This document shows, one piece after another, positions 9,729-18,951 of a stretch of 51,382 nucleotides of DNA. Both the position numbers and the translations under genes were made by a program. The stretch spans positions 1 through 51,382 of the forward strand of contig CAUZJR010000001.1 in the NCBI GenBank assembly GCA_963580005.1, read 5' to 3'. Below the pieces are notes generated by a model. It had not been told where the DNA came from. It ran no database searches and saw only the letters and a program-made list of their open reading frames with translations. The DNA comes from Planctomycetota bacterium. Lineage in GTDB: Bacteria; Planctomycetota; Planctomycetia; Planctomycetales; Planctomycetaceae. The first letter of the stretch is position 1. Each line of letters begins with the position of its first letter.

Positions 9729-11198
9729 TCACTTCAGGCGGCCCGGCGGTCGCACTCCGGCCCCGGCCTGCTTGGTCGCCGAGTCGCCGAGGTCGGCACG
9801 AGCCTTCTCGGCGAGCTTCTTCAACCGGGCCACGACGTCTGAGTGTTTTGCGATCACGTTGGTCGTCTCACCGATGTCTTTCTTGAGGTCATAGAGTGCC
9901 AGGGGCGTCCGCTTCTGTTGGTAGCGGACCGGCTTTCCGCCGGTCCCTCCCTTGCGTCCTGCGAGGCTGCGGTAGGCGTGAGGGAAGTGCAGTTTCCAGC
10001 GTCCGCTGCGGATCGCCTGCAGGTGTCGGCCCCAGTAGAAGTAGTAGGCCTCGTGCGGGCTCGTGGCGTTCTTCTGCCCCGAGATCAGCGGCCAGATGTT
10101 GTGGCCGTCGATCTTGTGTTTTTGCGGCAGCTTCTTGATGCCGGCTAACCTGGCGAGGGTGGGCAGGATGTCGATCGTGCCGGCCACCTCGTTGCAGACG
10201 GTCCCTTCGGGGATCTGGCCGGGCCAGCACATCACGGTCGGTTCGCGTTGCCCGCCGTCCCAGCTGGTCCCCTTGCCCTCGCGCAGCGGCAGTGCGCGGC
10301 CGGAGTGCGTGCCGTAGTTCAGCCACGGGCCGTTGTCGGAGGTGAAGATGACCAGGGTGTTGCGTTCGAGGCCGTGTTTCCTGAGTGCCTCGACGATCTG
10401 GCCCACCGACCAGTCGATCTCCATGATCACGTCGCCATAGAGGCCTCGCTGAGACTTGCCCTGGAACTTGGAGCTGACGTAAAGCGGCACGTGAGGCATC
10501 GAGTGGGGGACGTAGAGAAAGAACGGCTGGTCCTTGTTCTTGTCGATGAAGCGGACGGCTCGTTCTGTGTACCAGGTGGTCAACTGTGCCTGGTCCTTGC
10601 CGGTGACCATCGGGTTGACGATGGTTTCCTTGTCGATGAGCGGCAGGTGGGGCCACCGCTTGAGCCGTTCGGCCAGCGGCAGGTGGGCGACACCGGGGTG
10701 GAAGGGCCACATGTCGTTGGAGTAGGGCAGTCCGAAGTAGTCGTCGAAGCCGTGTCGTGTGGGCAGGAACGGTTTGTGGTGGCCCAGGTGCCACTTGCCG
10801 TAGATCGCGGTGGCGTAGCCTCGAGTCTTGAGCACTTCGGCGATGGTCCATTCGCTGGAGTTGATCCCGTGTCGGGATTTCGGTCCCAGTGCGCCCTGGA
10901 TGCCGATACGGTTGGGGTAGCAACCAGTCAGGAGTGCGGCTCGGGAGGCCGAGCAGACGGCCTGTGCCGAGTAGAAGTCGGTGAAGCGGGCGCCGGTCTT
11001 GGCGAGCCGGTCCAGGTGCGGGGTCTTGATGTCGGGCGAGCCGAAGCAGCCGAGGTCCTCATATCCCTGGTCGTCGGTGAAGACGACGACAAAGTTGGGC
11101 CGATCGGTGGCCGACCTCTCAGCAGCACAAAGCGGGTTGCCGAGTATGCAGAAGAAGAGAACTGTGTTGAGGAGGATCCGGGATGCGGTGCGAATCAT
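9729..11198 (-). CDS. Sulfatase (formylglycine-dependent), secreted
   Basis: [36 protein letters not shown] and FTSDNGPW motifs. The start at Met21 (11198) gives a normal signal peptide ([25 protein letters not shown]). The ORF extends to 11258. Confidence 0.88.
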   Translation of the reverse strand: MIRTASRILLNTVLFFCILGNPLCAAERSATDRPNFVVVFTDDQGYEDLGCFGSPDIKTPHLDRLAKTGARFTDFYSAQAVCSASRAALLTGCYPNRIGIQGALGPKSRHGINSSEWTIAEVLKTRGYATAIYGKWHLGHHKPFLPTRHGFDDYFGLPYSNDMWPFHPGVAHLPLAERLKRWPHLPLIDKETIVNPMVTGKDQAQLTTWYTERAVRFIDKNKDQPFFLYVPHSMPHVPLYVSSKFQGKSQRGLYGDVIMEIDWSVGQIVEALRKHGLERNTLVIFTSDNGPWLNYGTHSGRALPLREGKGTSWDGGQREPTVMCWPGQIPEGTVCNEVAGTIDILPTLARLAGIKKLPQKHKIDGHNIWPLISGQKNATSPHEAYYFYWGRHLQAIRSGRWKLHFPHAYRSLAGRKGGTGGKPVRYQQKRTPLALYDLKKDIGETTNVIAKHSDVVARLKKLAEKARADLGDSATKQAGAGVRPPGRLK

Positions 11199-11310
11199 TG
11201 AAGGGGCTCGGTGTTGGGATGAGCGAGGCTGCAGTGGCTTGGATGCGGCGGCATGCATGCTACACCACAGTCGCCTTGGTGTTCTCGTGCGGCCCGCCTC
11301 CGTTCAACCC

Positions 11311-11338
11311 TTGACAGCCCGTGCCCACTTACCGTAAT
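11311..11338 (+). promoter_or_regulatory. Putative sigma70-like promoter (TTGACA-N16-CGTAAT) upstream of the redoxin gene
   Basis: TTGACA at 11311-11316 and CGTAAT at 11333-11338, about 30 nt upstream of the ATG at 11369. This is a pattern match only. Planctomycete promoter consensus is not established here. Confidence 0.25.
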
Positions 11339-11368
11339 CCGAAACCATGAACTGATTGAGACTCTTCG

Positions 11369-12019
11369 ATGACGAGCAATTCCCACCAGCCCCTCTACCA
11401 GCAGATGACCGAACACCGGGGCTTCAGCATCCTGGTGGTCGGATTCATCGTGCTGGCAATCACGCCGCGGTTATCCGCCGGCAAGTTCAACGCGGTGCTG
11501 AAGATCGGCGATCCGGCTCCGGCATGGACGGGGCTACTGGGCGTGGACGGCAAACGTCACTCACTCGGTGATCTCAAGGACGCCCGCGCCGTGTTGCTCG
11601 TTTTTCTGTCGAACCGCTGCCCGATGACCCGGGCGTATGAAGCCAGGCTGAAGAAGCTGGCCCTGGAGTACCGCAAACGGGGGCTGAAGGTGGTGGGGGT
11701 CAGCATCGGGCAGGCTCGAGCCGATCGGCTCGAGAAAATGATCGCTCGTTCGGCGATGTCCAAGTACAACTTCCCCTACTGCATCGACCTGACCCAGCAA
11801 CTCGGACGCCGCTACGGCGCCACCTGTACGCCTCACGCCTTCCTGCTCGATGCCAAGCGACGAGTTGCCTACATGGGAGCGATCGACGACAACGTGGCAC
11901 CGGCCAAGATCGAATTCCATTACCTGCGGGATGCGGTCGCTGCGGTCTTGGCCGGGAAGCGGCCCGAGGTGACCGAGACGCTGCAAAAAGGCTGCGAGAT
12001 CAAGTACGTCTCGAGGTGA
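11369..12019 (+). CDS. Thioredoxin-fold redoxin (AhpC/TSA-like) protein with an N-terminal membrane/signal segment
   Basis: The pattern VLLVFLSNRCPMTRAYE...VVGVS...TPHAFLLD is typical of the redoxin/TlpA-like fold. Hydrophobic N-terminus FSILVVGFIVLAI. Confidence 0.7.
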   Translation: MTSNSHQPLYQQMTEHRGFSILVVGFIVLAITPRLSAGKFNAVLKIGDPAPAWTGLLGVDGKRHSLGDLKDARAVLLVFLSNRCPMTRAYEARLKKLALEYRKRGLKVVGVSIGQARADRLEKMIARSAMSKYNFPYCIDLTQQLGRRYGATCTPHAFLLDAKRRVAYMGAIDDNVAPAKIEFHYLRDAVAAVLAGKRPEVTETLQKGCEIKYVSR

Positions 12020-12660
12020 ACGCCGTGTTCCTGTCTGATCCTGTCGCGGTTGCGATTGCCGGAGCCTGCGTGCTGGGGTTGGGCGTGCTGCTGGGTGTGC
12101 TCGTCGGGCGAGCCTGGGGCGTCAAGCGGATGGTCCAGTCGGTTCTCCGTGACGCGGAAGTCACCGCACGGACTGACATGCAGACCGGTCTCTGGAATCG
12201 GCAGGGGTTGGGGGAGCGATACGAGCAGAATCGAGACGGGCGGCGCAAGGCCGACTGGCCGGTGTCGCTGCTGTTCCTGGACGTCGACCACTTCAAGGCC
12301 GCCAACGACACGTACGGTCACCCGGCCGGAGACCTGGTCATCGGCTGCGTGGCGCATCTCTTTGGCGAGAGTCTCCGGGAAGGAGACACCGTGGCACGGA
12401 TGGGAGGCGACGAGTTCGCTGCGCTGCTTCCGGGGGCGACCCTGGCCGAGGCGGTGGAGGTGGCCGAGCGGATTCGAGCGGATGCCGAGTCGATGAGTGT
12501 TCCGACCGGGGGAGAGGAGAACTGGAACGGCACGGTCAGTATCGGGGTGATCGAGATCACTCGGGGCGAGGAACTGGACTCTGCTCTGAAACGAGTCGAT
12601 CTGGCCCTGTACGCGGCCAAGCACGCGGGGCGCAATCGTGTTGAGACGGGCGAAGTGTGA
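12016..12660 (+). CDS. Membrane-anchored diguanylate cyclase (GGDEF domain with RxxD I-site)
   Basis: One TM helix (VAVAIAGACVLGLGVLLGVLVG), then LLFLDVDHFKAANDTYGHPAGD and REGDTVARMGGDEFAALLP (RxxD five residues before GGDEF). The GTG start overlaps the upstream stop (GTGA). Confidence 0.85.
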   Translation: MNAVFLSDPVAVAIAGACVLGLGVLLGVLVGRAWGVKRMVQSVLRDAEVTARTDMQTGLWNRQGLGERYEQNRDGRRKADWPVSLLFLDVDHFKAANDTYGHPAGDLVIGCVAHLFGESLREGDTVARMGGDEFAALLPGATLAEAVEVAERIRADAESMSVPTGGEENWNGTVSIGVIEITRGEELDSALKRVDLALYAAKHAGRNRVETGEV

Positions 12661-12701
12661 TTCGGCGGTTGGTCGACCCCCCCGTCGGCCGGGGCCACGG
12701 C

Positions 12702-13781
12702 CTACAACTCATCCAGCTCGATCCTCGGGCAAGTGGTCTCTTCGATCATCCGCTCGACGGAGTCTTCGTCCTTGAAGCCGCTCCCGGTGACCAGGCAGAC
12801 GATGGTCGCGTTGCGGTCGATGCGTCCCATTTCGACGGCCTCCAGGCAACCGGCCAGCGCCGTCGCTCCGGCCGGTTCGCTGAAGACGCCCTCCTCGGTG
12901 GCCAATCGCCGTTGCACGTCCCAGACGGACTCGTCGCTGACCAACTGACCCAGGCCCCCGGTCGGTTTCAGTTCCTGGACCACCAGGTGACCGTCGTTGA
13001 TGTTGGGCACCTGCAGGCCGCTGATGTGAGTGGTGCAGGTGACCGCTTGGGCCTGAGTGGCGCCGGCCGAGAGGGCCGAGGCCATCGTGTCGTTGCCCTG
13101 CGGCTGCACGCATTCGATCGCCGGCGATGCAGCCAATCGACTCTCGGTGACCAGCCGCCGGAAGCCGCGGCAGACCGCCACGCACAGGCCGCCTCCACCA
13201 GAGGGGCAAAAGACATGGTCGATGGGCCGCTCGAGTTGACTCTCGGCCTGCTCGGCCAGCTCGAAACTGATCGTCTCGACCCCGGTCATACCCGGGACGC
13301 TGTAGATGTATGAGCTGACCTGCAGCCGTGCAGCGGGGGCGTCGCCGCGAGCGGTCAGGATTTCAAATGCCCGGGCCGAGATCTCGGGGTCCAGCCCGAA
13401 ACCCCTGATGCGGTAGACGTTGGCCCCGTAGGCCATCATCTGCCGGAGCTTTCCCATCGGGGCGGTTTCGACAACGGCGATCTCGCACTCCAAACCGGCC
13501 GCGGCACAGTAGGCGGCGACCGCCGAACCGGTGTTGCCGCTGGAGGTGGCAATGCAGCGGGACTGGTCTTCGGCTTTCATGGCCGAGATCGCCGCGGCCC
13601 CGAAACGGTCCTTGAACGAACCGGCCGGGTTGACCGATTCGAGCTTCAACCACAGGTTGTCGAGCCCCGCGGCGGGGCCGATCGAGTTGGAACGGACCAG
13701 CGGCGTGTTGCCCTCGCCCAGGGTCGTGCGGTGCTGCTCGGGGACCGGAGTGATCCAGTCGGCCCATCGCCAGATGCTCAT
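12702..13781 (-). CDS. PLP-dependent enzyme, threonine-synthase-like (Trp-synthase beta superfamily)
   Basis: GEGNTPLV, NPAGSFKDR (PLP lysine motif), SSGNTG and a GGGG loop (PSGGGGL). Confidence 0.75.
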   Translation of the reverse strand: MSIWRWADWITPVPEQHRTTLGEGNTPLVRSNSIGPAAGLDNLWLKLESVNPAGSFKDRFGAAAISAMKAEDQSRCIATSSGNTGSAVAAYCAAAGLECEIAVVETAPMGKLRQMMAYGANVYRIRGFGLDPEISARAFEILTARGDAPAARLQVSSYIYSVPGMTGVETISFELAEQAESQLERPIDHVFCPSGGGGLCVAVCRGFRRLVTESRLAASPAIECVQPQGNDTMASALSAGATQAQAVTCTTHISGLQVPNINDGHLVVQELKPTGGLGQLVSDESVWDVQRRLATEEGVFSEPAGATALAGCLEAVEMGRIDRNATIVCLVTGSGFKDEDSVERMIEETTCPRIELDEL

Positions 13782-13827
13782 CTCAACGGTTCCCGGGCAG
13801 ACGGTGGGCGGAAGTGCAGCGGAGGCC

Positions 13828-14757
13828 TCAGTCGACGTCTTCCATGACGACGATCACCGAATCGGTTTCATGGACTCGCGGGTAGGTGCGGATGGCCAGC
13901 ACCCAGCCGGTCTGAGTGCTGATGATCTCGCGAGTGTCACCGCCGGTGACATCGGCGACGTGTCCGAGCAGGTCGCCGGGTGCGACACGTTGTCCGAGCG
14001 TCACGGTGGGTGTGAACTGGCCGGTGATCGGTGAGGGGTTCTGGAGCTGCATGTGGCCGGACCCGTCACGAGGATCCTCGATCACCAGCTCGACCTGCGA
14101 GGGGGGTTGTTCTCGATCGAGCATCCCCAGCTCGGCCATCACGTTCAGGCAACCCTCGAAGTAGGCGTCGGTCCCCTCGGGTGAGCAGCGGCCCGATCCG
14201 AGGTATTCGGTGTAAATGGCCGGGACCCCGGCATCGCGGGCGACCGACAGCGAGCGACCGTCGAGGTTGCCGCAGGTGCCCCAGATGACCGGCAGGTTCA
14301 GCGCCCTGGCCATCCGACGCTGGATCTCGAGCCGGTCGGGGTCGTCGCACATTCCGTAGCCCGACATCGGCCAGACATCCATCCTGATGCCGCCCGAATG
14401 CAGGTCGATGTAGTAGTCGGCCGATTGGATGAGTGCCGCGAGTGCCACGGCGGTGCGGAGCGTGACGCTGCCGTCGGCGTCGCCTGGGCAGACGCGGGCC
14501 AGGTCGAGTCCGTCGTCGGCGGTGCGGTTGCCGTTGAGGAAGGCGGCCTCGTTAACAACCGGCACCAGCGTCAGCCGACCGGTCAGCTGATCGGCCGGCA
14601 CCCCGTCGGCCAGGCGGCGGATTGCCGCCATCGACTCGAACTCGTCCCCATGCACGCCTCCGGTGATCAACAGGTGAGGTCCCTGATCGGCTCCCGGTGA
14701 GGTGCCAATGATCTCGATTCGCTGTAGTTCGATGGTCTGGCTCATGATGGGTGGCAT
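13828..14757 (-). CDS. Succinylglutamate desuccinylase/aspartoacylase (AstE/AspA) family zinc deacylase
   Basis: LLITGGVHGDEFES (H-x-x-E zinc motif), DLHSGG, and a C-terminal beta domain ending ...VIVVMEDVD. The ORF is open to 14853. Met33/Met37 (14757/14745) are preferred because the divergent gene starts at 14825. Confidence 0.7.
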   Translation of the reverse strand: MPPIMSQTIELQRIEIIGTSPGADQGPHLLITGGVHGDEFESMAAIRRLADGVPADQLTGRLTLVPVVNEAAFLNGNRTADDGLDLARVCPGDADGSVTLRTAVALAALIQSADYYIDLHSGGIRMDVWPMSGYGMCDDPDRLEIQRRMARALNLPVIWGTCGNLDGRSLSVARDAGVPAIYTEYLGSGRCSPEGTDAYFEGCLNVMAELGMLDREQPPSQVELVIEDPRDGSGHMQLQNPSPITGQFTPTVTLGQRVAPGDLLGHVADVTGGDTREIISTQTGWVLAIRTYPRVHETDSVIVVMEDVD

Positions 14758-14824
14758 AGTATAGGCTGCCCGCTGGCGAGGGAAACCAGACCGGCCGATT
14801 GGCCGACAACAGCCGGACGAGACG

Positions 14825-15493
14825 ATGAGCGACGCGGTGCCCGAGACGATCACGATCCCGATGATGCGCGAGTCGCTGTACGCGGCGGTGGTCTGCGACG
14901 CCCTGGACGGACTGGGCTACAAGAACCAGTCGCCCAACGTGCCGCTGCCGCCGTTGACGACAGAGACCACTCTTGTGGGTCACTGCAAGACGACGCTGTG
15001 GGGCGACATGTATCACCAGGATCCCAGCCCGTATGAACTGGAATTGAAGGCGGTCGACGAGTGCAGGCCCGACGATGTGCTGATCGCCGCGGCGGGCGGT
15101 TCGGACCGATCGGGGATCTGGGGCGAGTTGCTCTCGACAGCCGCCAGCAATGCCGGCTGCGTGGGCGTGATCGTCGACGGAGCGGTCCGGGACATCCGCC
15201 AGATGGCCGAGATGGGCTTTCCCGTCTTTGCCCGCAGCCGCAATATCTACGACAGCAAGGACCGCCAGCGGGTCGTCGACATCGACGTGCCGGTGGAAAT
15301 CTGTGGAGTGCGATTCTGCCCCGGTGACCTCGTCTTCGCCGATGTCGATGGCGTGGTCGTGGTGCCCTCGGAGGTCCGCGACGAGGCGATCGGGGCGGCG
15401 TGGCAGAAGGTGCATGCCGAGAACATCACCCGGGATGCGATCCGCGAGGGGATGAAGGCAACCGACGCCTACGAAAAGTACGGCGTCCTGTAA
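14825..15493 (+). CDS. RraA-family protein (4-hydroxy-4-methyl-2-oxoglutarate aldolase / oxaloacetate decarboxylase-like)
   Basis: GELLSTAASNAGCVGVIVDGAVRDIRQMAEMGFPVFAR and GDLVFADVDGVVVVP are typical RraA/HMG-aldolase segments. Confidence 0.8.
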   Translation: MSDAVPETITIPMMRESLYAAVVCDALDGLGYKNQSPNVPLPPLTTETTLVGHCKTTLWGDMYHQDPSPYELELKAVDECRPDDVLIAAAGGSDRSGIWGELLSTAASNAGCVGVIVDGAVRDIRQMAEMGFPVFARSRNIYDSKDRQRVVDIDVPVEICGVRFCPGDLVFADVDGVVVVPSEVRDEAIGAAWQKVHAENITRDAIREGMKATDAYEKYGVL

Positions 15494-15497
15494 GGGA

Positions 15498-15610
15498 CAG
15501 GCAGGCAACAGGCAGACAACAGGCAGACAACAGGCAGACAACAGGCAGACAACAGGCAGACAACAGGCAGACAACAGGCAGACAACAGGCAGACAACAGG
15601 CAGACAACAG
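15498..15610. repeat. 11-nt tandem repeat caggcagacaa: 9 perfect copies, one degenerate leading copy (caggcaggcaa) and a partial
   Basis: Counted directly: perfect units start at 15509 and recur every 11 nt to 15607. The unit contains no T. It lies between the stop at 15491-15493 and AGGAG (15611-15615) / ATG (15622) of the next gene. Confidence 0.95.
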
Positions 15611-15621
15611 AGGAGCGTGAG

Positions 15622-16974
15622 ATGGCGACAACGCATGCACAGGCCGGTGGTCGAGTGGCCAAGTCGATGGAGATGTACGAGCGGTTGCTGGAGCTGATCC
15701 CGGGTGGGACGCAGTTGATCAGCCGTCGTCCCACCCGGTTCGCACTGGGTGTCAGCCCGGTGGTGGCCACCCGTGGCAAGGGATCGAGGATCTGGGACGT
15801 CGACGGGAACGAGTATATCGACTGGGTCAGTGCGATCGGCTCGGTGATCCTGGGCTACTGCGACCCGGTCGTCGACGAGGCGGTCAAGGCCCAGATCGAT
15901 CGCGGGACCAACTTCTCGATCACCCACGAACTGGAACTCGAGTTGGCCGAGTTGCTGGTCGAGCGGATCCCGTGTGCGGAGATGGTCCGCTATGCGCGGG
16001 GCGGAGGCGACGCGTGTGCTGTGGCGGCTCGGATCGCCCGGGGCACCACTGGCCGCGACCGGATCCTGTTTTGCGGATACCACGGCTGGCACGACTGGTA
16101 CCAGGCCGCCAACCACACGAGCGACGAGAATCTCGACGAGCATCTCTTCCCCGGCATCGAGCCGATCGGTGTCCCCAAGGCGTTGGCCGGAACGGCGATC
16201 CCCTTTCCGTATGGTGACCTCGAGGCCCTGGCCGAAACGCTTGACCGGTACAGCGGCGAGGTGGCGGCGGTGATGATGGAGCCGATGCGGAGCGAACTGC
16301 CCGAGGAGGGATATCTCGAGGGTGTTGCCAGCCTGTGTCGTGACCGGGGCGTGGTACTGATCTTCGACGAAGTCTCGACCGGCTTCCGACCCTCCGACGC
16401 CGGCGTACAACCGGTACTCGGCGTCGAACCCGACATGGCCGTCTTCGCCAAGTCGATCTCCAACGGCTACGCCATGGGTGCGGTGGTGGGTCGTCGCGAG
16501 GTGATGGCTCCGGCCGAGCAGATGTTTGTTTCGAGTACCTACTGGGGCGAGGCGGTCGGGTTGGCTGCGGCCGTGGCCACCCTGACGGAACTCAGGAAGC
16601 GGAATACCTCCGAAACTCTCGCCCGCAACGGAGCGAACCTGAAGGATCGGCTCAACGCCGTCGCCGCCGACGTGGGAGTGGCGATCCGCTGTACCGGGAT
16701 CGACTATCATCCCCATCTCGAATTCCCCGCCGAGGACCCGGTGCTGGGCAACAAGCTGGAGACACTTTACGTGCAGGAGATGGCCAAGCGGGGCCACCAC
16801 GGATACACCTCCTTCTACCTCAACGAAGCCCAGGGCGAGGTGGAGATCGAGATGGCGGCCGATTCGGCTCGCGAGGTGTTTGCAATGATTGGTGAGACGA
16901 TCGAGGATGGGCGGATCGACGAGCGGCTCGAGGCCCAGGAACGCCAGGAATTCTTCAAGCGATTGGTTACATGA
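15622..16974 (+). CDS. Class-III aminotransferase, glutamate-1-semialdehyde aminomutase-like
   Basis: AGGAG lies 6 nt upstream of the ATG at 15622. GSRIWDVDGNEYIDWVSAIGSVILGY, LIFDEVSTGFR and AKSISNGYAMGAV (PLP-Lys region). The ORF track start at 15400 reads through the 11-nt repeat and is rejected. Confidence 0.85.
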   Translation: MATTHAQAGGRVAKSMEMYERLLELIPGGTQLISRRPTRFALGVSPVVATRGKGSRIWDVDGNEYIDWVSAIGSVILGYCDPVVDEAVKAQIDRGTNFSITHELELELAELLVERIPCAEMVRYARGGGDACAVAARIARGTTGRDRILFCGYHGWHDWYQAANHTSDENLDEHLFPGIEPIGVPKALAGTAIPFPYGDLEALAETLDRYSGEVAAVMMEPMRSELPEEGYLEGVASLCRDRGVVLIFDEVSTGFRPSDAGVQPVLGVEPDMAVFAKSISNGYAMGAVVGRREVMAPAEQMFVSSTYWGEAVGLAAAVATLTELRKRNTSETLARNGANLKDRLNAVAADVGVAIRCTGIDYHPHLEFPAEDPVLGNKLETLYVQEMAKRGHHGYTSFYLNEAQGEVEIEMAADSAREVFAMIGETIEDGRIDERLEAQERQEFFKRLVT

Positions 16975-17759
16975 TCGACGACGCGACAACACTCGCCACC
17001 GCCATCGCCGTGGACGACTACACGCAGTACCGCGACGACTACCTCCGTGATGGGTATCTCGTCATCCGGGGCTTCTTCGCAGGTGCGGGGTTCGACGAGC
17101 TGGTCGGGGAACTGGACCGCTATATCGCCGAGGTGGTGCCGACGCTGCCCAATTCGGACGCGTTCTTCCAGGACCGCAAGTCGCCCGAGACGCTCAAGCA
17201 GATGCAGCACATGGTGGATCCGTTTTTCGAGGAGTACGGCAAGCGCGAGCCGTTTGTGAGCCTGGCCGAGGCGTTGATGGGTGAGCCAGTTCGGGCGCAG
17301 CGACCCGAGTGGTTCAACAAGCCGCCCGGGACCGACCATGCCACTCCGCCGCACCAGGACAACTTCTACATCAATCTCGATCCTCCCCCGCTGACCATGT
17401 GGTTGGCGCTGGACCCGGTCGATGAAGAGAACGGTTGCCTGCGGTACTGTGCCGGCACGCACCGCGATGGGCTCAGGCCTCATGCTCGAACACAGGTCCT
17501 GGGCTTCTCGCAGGGGATTTCCGACTACGGCGAGGCGGATCGGGGCAAGGAGCAGCAGGTGTTTCTTGAGCCGGGCGATGTGGCGGTGCATCACGGAGAG
17601 TTGATCCACCGGGCCGAGCCGAATCGCAGTGCGGATCGGCAGCGTCGGGCGTTTGCGATGGTGTATTACGCCGGCTCGGCGGTGCGGGATGTTGAGGCAC
17701 AGCAGGCGTACATGCAGCAGGTGAATCAGCAGCACGAGGTGATGGGGTTGGAGAACTAG
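16971..17759 (+). CDS. Phytanoyl-CoA dioxygenase (PhyH) family Fe(II)/2-oxoglutarate dioxygenase
   Basis: YLRDGYLVIRGF, the H-x-D facial-triad motif in PPHQDNFY, and the distal HHGELIHRAEPNRS. The start overlaps the upstream stop (ATGA at 16971-16974). Confidence 0.8.
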   Translation: MIDDATTLATAIAVDDYTQYRDDYLRDGYLVIRGFFAGAGFDELVGELDRYIAEVVPTLPNSDAFFQDRKSPETLKQMQHMVDPFFEEYGKREPFVSLAEALMGEPVRAQRPEWFNKPPGTDHATPPHQDNFYINLDPPPLTMWLALDPVDEENGCLRYCAGTHRDGLRPHARTQVLGFSQGISDYGEADRGKEQQVFLEPGDVAVHHGELIHRAEPNRSADRQRRAFAMVYYAGSAVRDVEAQQAYMQQVNQQHEVMGLEN

Positions 17760-17793
17760 GGGGGCAGGGACTGGCTCTGACGCCGCAGGCGGA

Positions 17794-17840
17794 GGTGCCT
17801 GTCCCGGGCGAAGAGCTGTTCGGTCTTCGGGACAGGCACC
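17794..17840. terminator. Strong hairpin (12-bp perfect stem ggtgcctgtccc/gggacaggcacc plus inner 6-bp cgaaga/tcttcg) between convergent operons
   Basis: The inverted repeat was verified base by base. It sits 35 nt after the PhyH stop and 109 nt after the oxidoreductase stop. There is no U-tract, so its function as a terminator is inferred. Confidence 0.4.
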
Positions 17841-17852
17841 CCCGCGACAGCC

Positions 17853-17905
17853 GTGACTGCGGGGTGACTGCGGGGTGACTGCGGGGTGACTGCGGGGTGA
17901 CGCGG
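17853..17905. repeat. 11-nt tandem repeat gtgactgcggg x4 plus an imperfect fifth copy
   Basis: Units at 17853, 17864, 17875 and 17886, then gtgacgcgg at 17897-17905. Intergenic. Confidence 0.95.
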
Positions 17906-17948
17906 CTGAGGGGCCGGTGAGCCAGTCCCCGGGGGTCCGTCCTGGCTG

Positions 17949-18950
17949 CTAGACCTCAACCCAGACCTGCGAATCGGCTGCTTGCATGATCGCCAGGTTG
18001 CATCTCAGAGTCTGCAAACCCTCGTCAAACCTGCACAGCGACTCGGCCTCGCCGGCATGGTAGTCCAGGAACCGGTTGGCCTGGCGCACGAAGATGTCGT
18101 CACGCTCCAACGGGTCCAACTGATGCACCGTCCAGGGTGTCTCGGGCTCAGAGACCTCCTGCCAACGCATCAGGTCGGCCTCTGCCCGGATCGTCCCCCG
18201 CTCGCAGATCACCATCATCAGGCCCTCGTTGGGGGCTTGGTGCTGGTTCATCGAGTAGTTGACCATCACGTTGCCGTGTCGGGCGATGACGTGCACCGAG
18301 TCTTCGATGTCGACGCCGGCCAACGCCAGGTGATCGCAGTCGGCGGCCACGCGGGTCATCGGCCCGACGATCCATTCGACACAGTTGACCACGTGAGTCA
18401 GCCCGTCCTGGATCACTCCCCCACCGGTCGCCCGGTCGGTGTAGTAGATCTCGCGGTAGGCCGGCCGGTAGTGCGGGAAGTGCTGACCCGAGACGACCAC
18501 CACCTCCAGCGGTCGTCCCAATTCGCCGGAACGGACCCGGTCACGGACCTCGATCCACAGCGGGTGAGCCCGCAGGGGGTAGGCCATCGAAAACCGTGCC
18601 CGGGCCGTAGAACTCAGCTCGCCCAGACGCTCGGTGCTGTTCAACGAGGTCGAGAGCGGTTTTTCGCAGAGCACACCGATGCCGGCTTCGAGCAACCCGA
18701 TAGCCATGTCGACGTGCAGGTGAGCCGGAGTGCAGACGACGGCGACGTCAGGCGGGTCGGCGATGGCCGATTCGAGATCGGCGTGAGCGGTCCTCAGGGC
18801 GTAACGCGAGCTGATATCCGAGCGGAGCTCGGCGTTGATCTCGCAGATCGACACCTCGCAGCGACCTGTCTCCAGGAAGCAGCGAGTGTGTCGTTCGCCG
18901 ATCGAGCCGGTGCCGATGACCAGCACATGAGGGATGTCGTGCCCGGCCAC
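17949..18950 (-). CDS. Gfo/Idh/MocA family NAD(P)-dependent oxidoreductase
   Basis: N-terminal Rossmann VLVIGTGSIGERH, the EKPL motif (VLCEKPLS), and a C-terminal alpha/beta domain. Confidence 0.85.
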   Translation of the reverse strand: MAGHDIPHVLVIGTGSIGERHTRCFLETGRCEVSICEINAELRSDISSRYALRTAHADLESAIADPPDVAVVCTPAHLHVDMAIGLLEAGIGVLCEKPLSTSLNSTERLGELSSTARARFSMAYPLRAHPLWIEVRDRVRSGELGRPLEVVVVSGQHFPHYRPAYREIYYTDRATGGGVIQDGLTHVVNCVEWIVGPMTRVAADCDHLALAGVDIEDSVHVIARHGNVMVNYSMNQHQAPNEGLMMVICERGTIRAEADLMRWQEVSEPETPWTVHQLDPLERDDIFVRQANRFLDYHAGEAESLCRFDEGLQTLRCNLAIMQAADSQVWVEV

Positions 18951-18951
18951 G

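Noticed and set aside
15498-15610. Possibility that the regularly repeated arrays (also 17853, 22230, 44318) are CRISPR arrays.
   Set aside because: The units are directly abutting with no unique spacers. Unit length is 9-12 nt, far below CRISPR repeat size. No cas genes are in the window.
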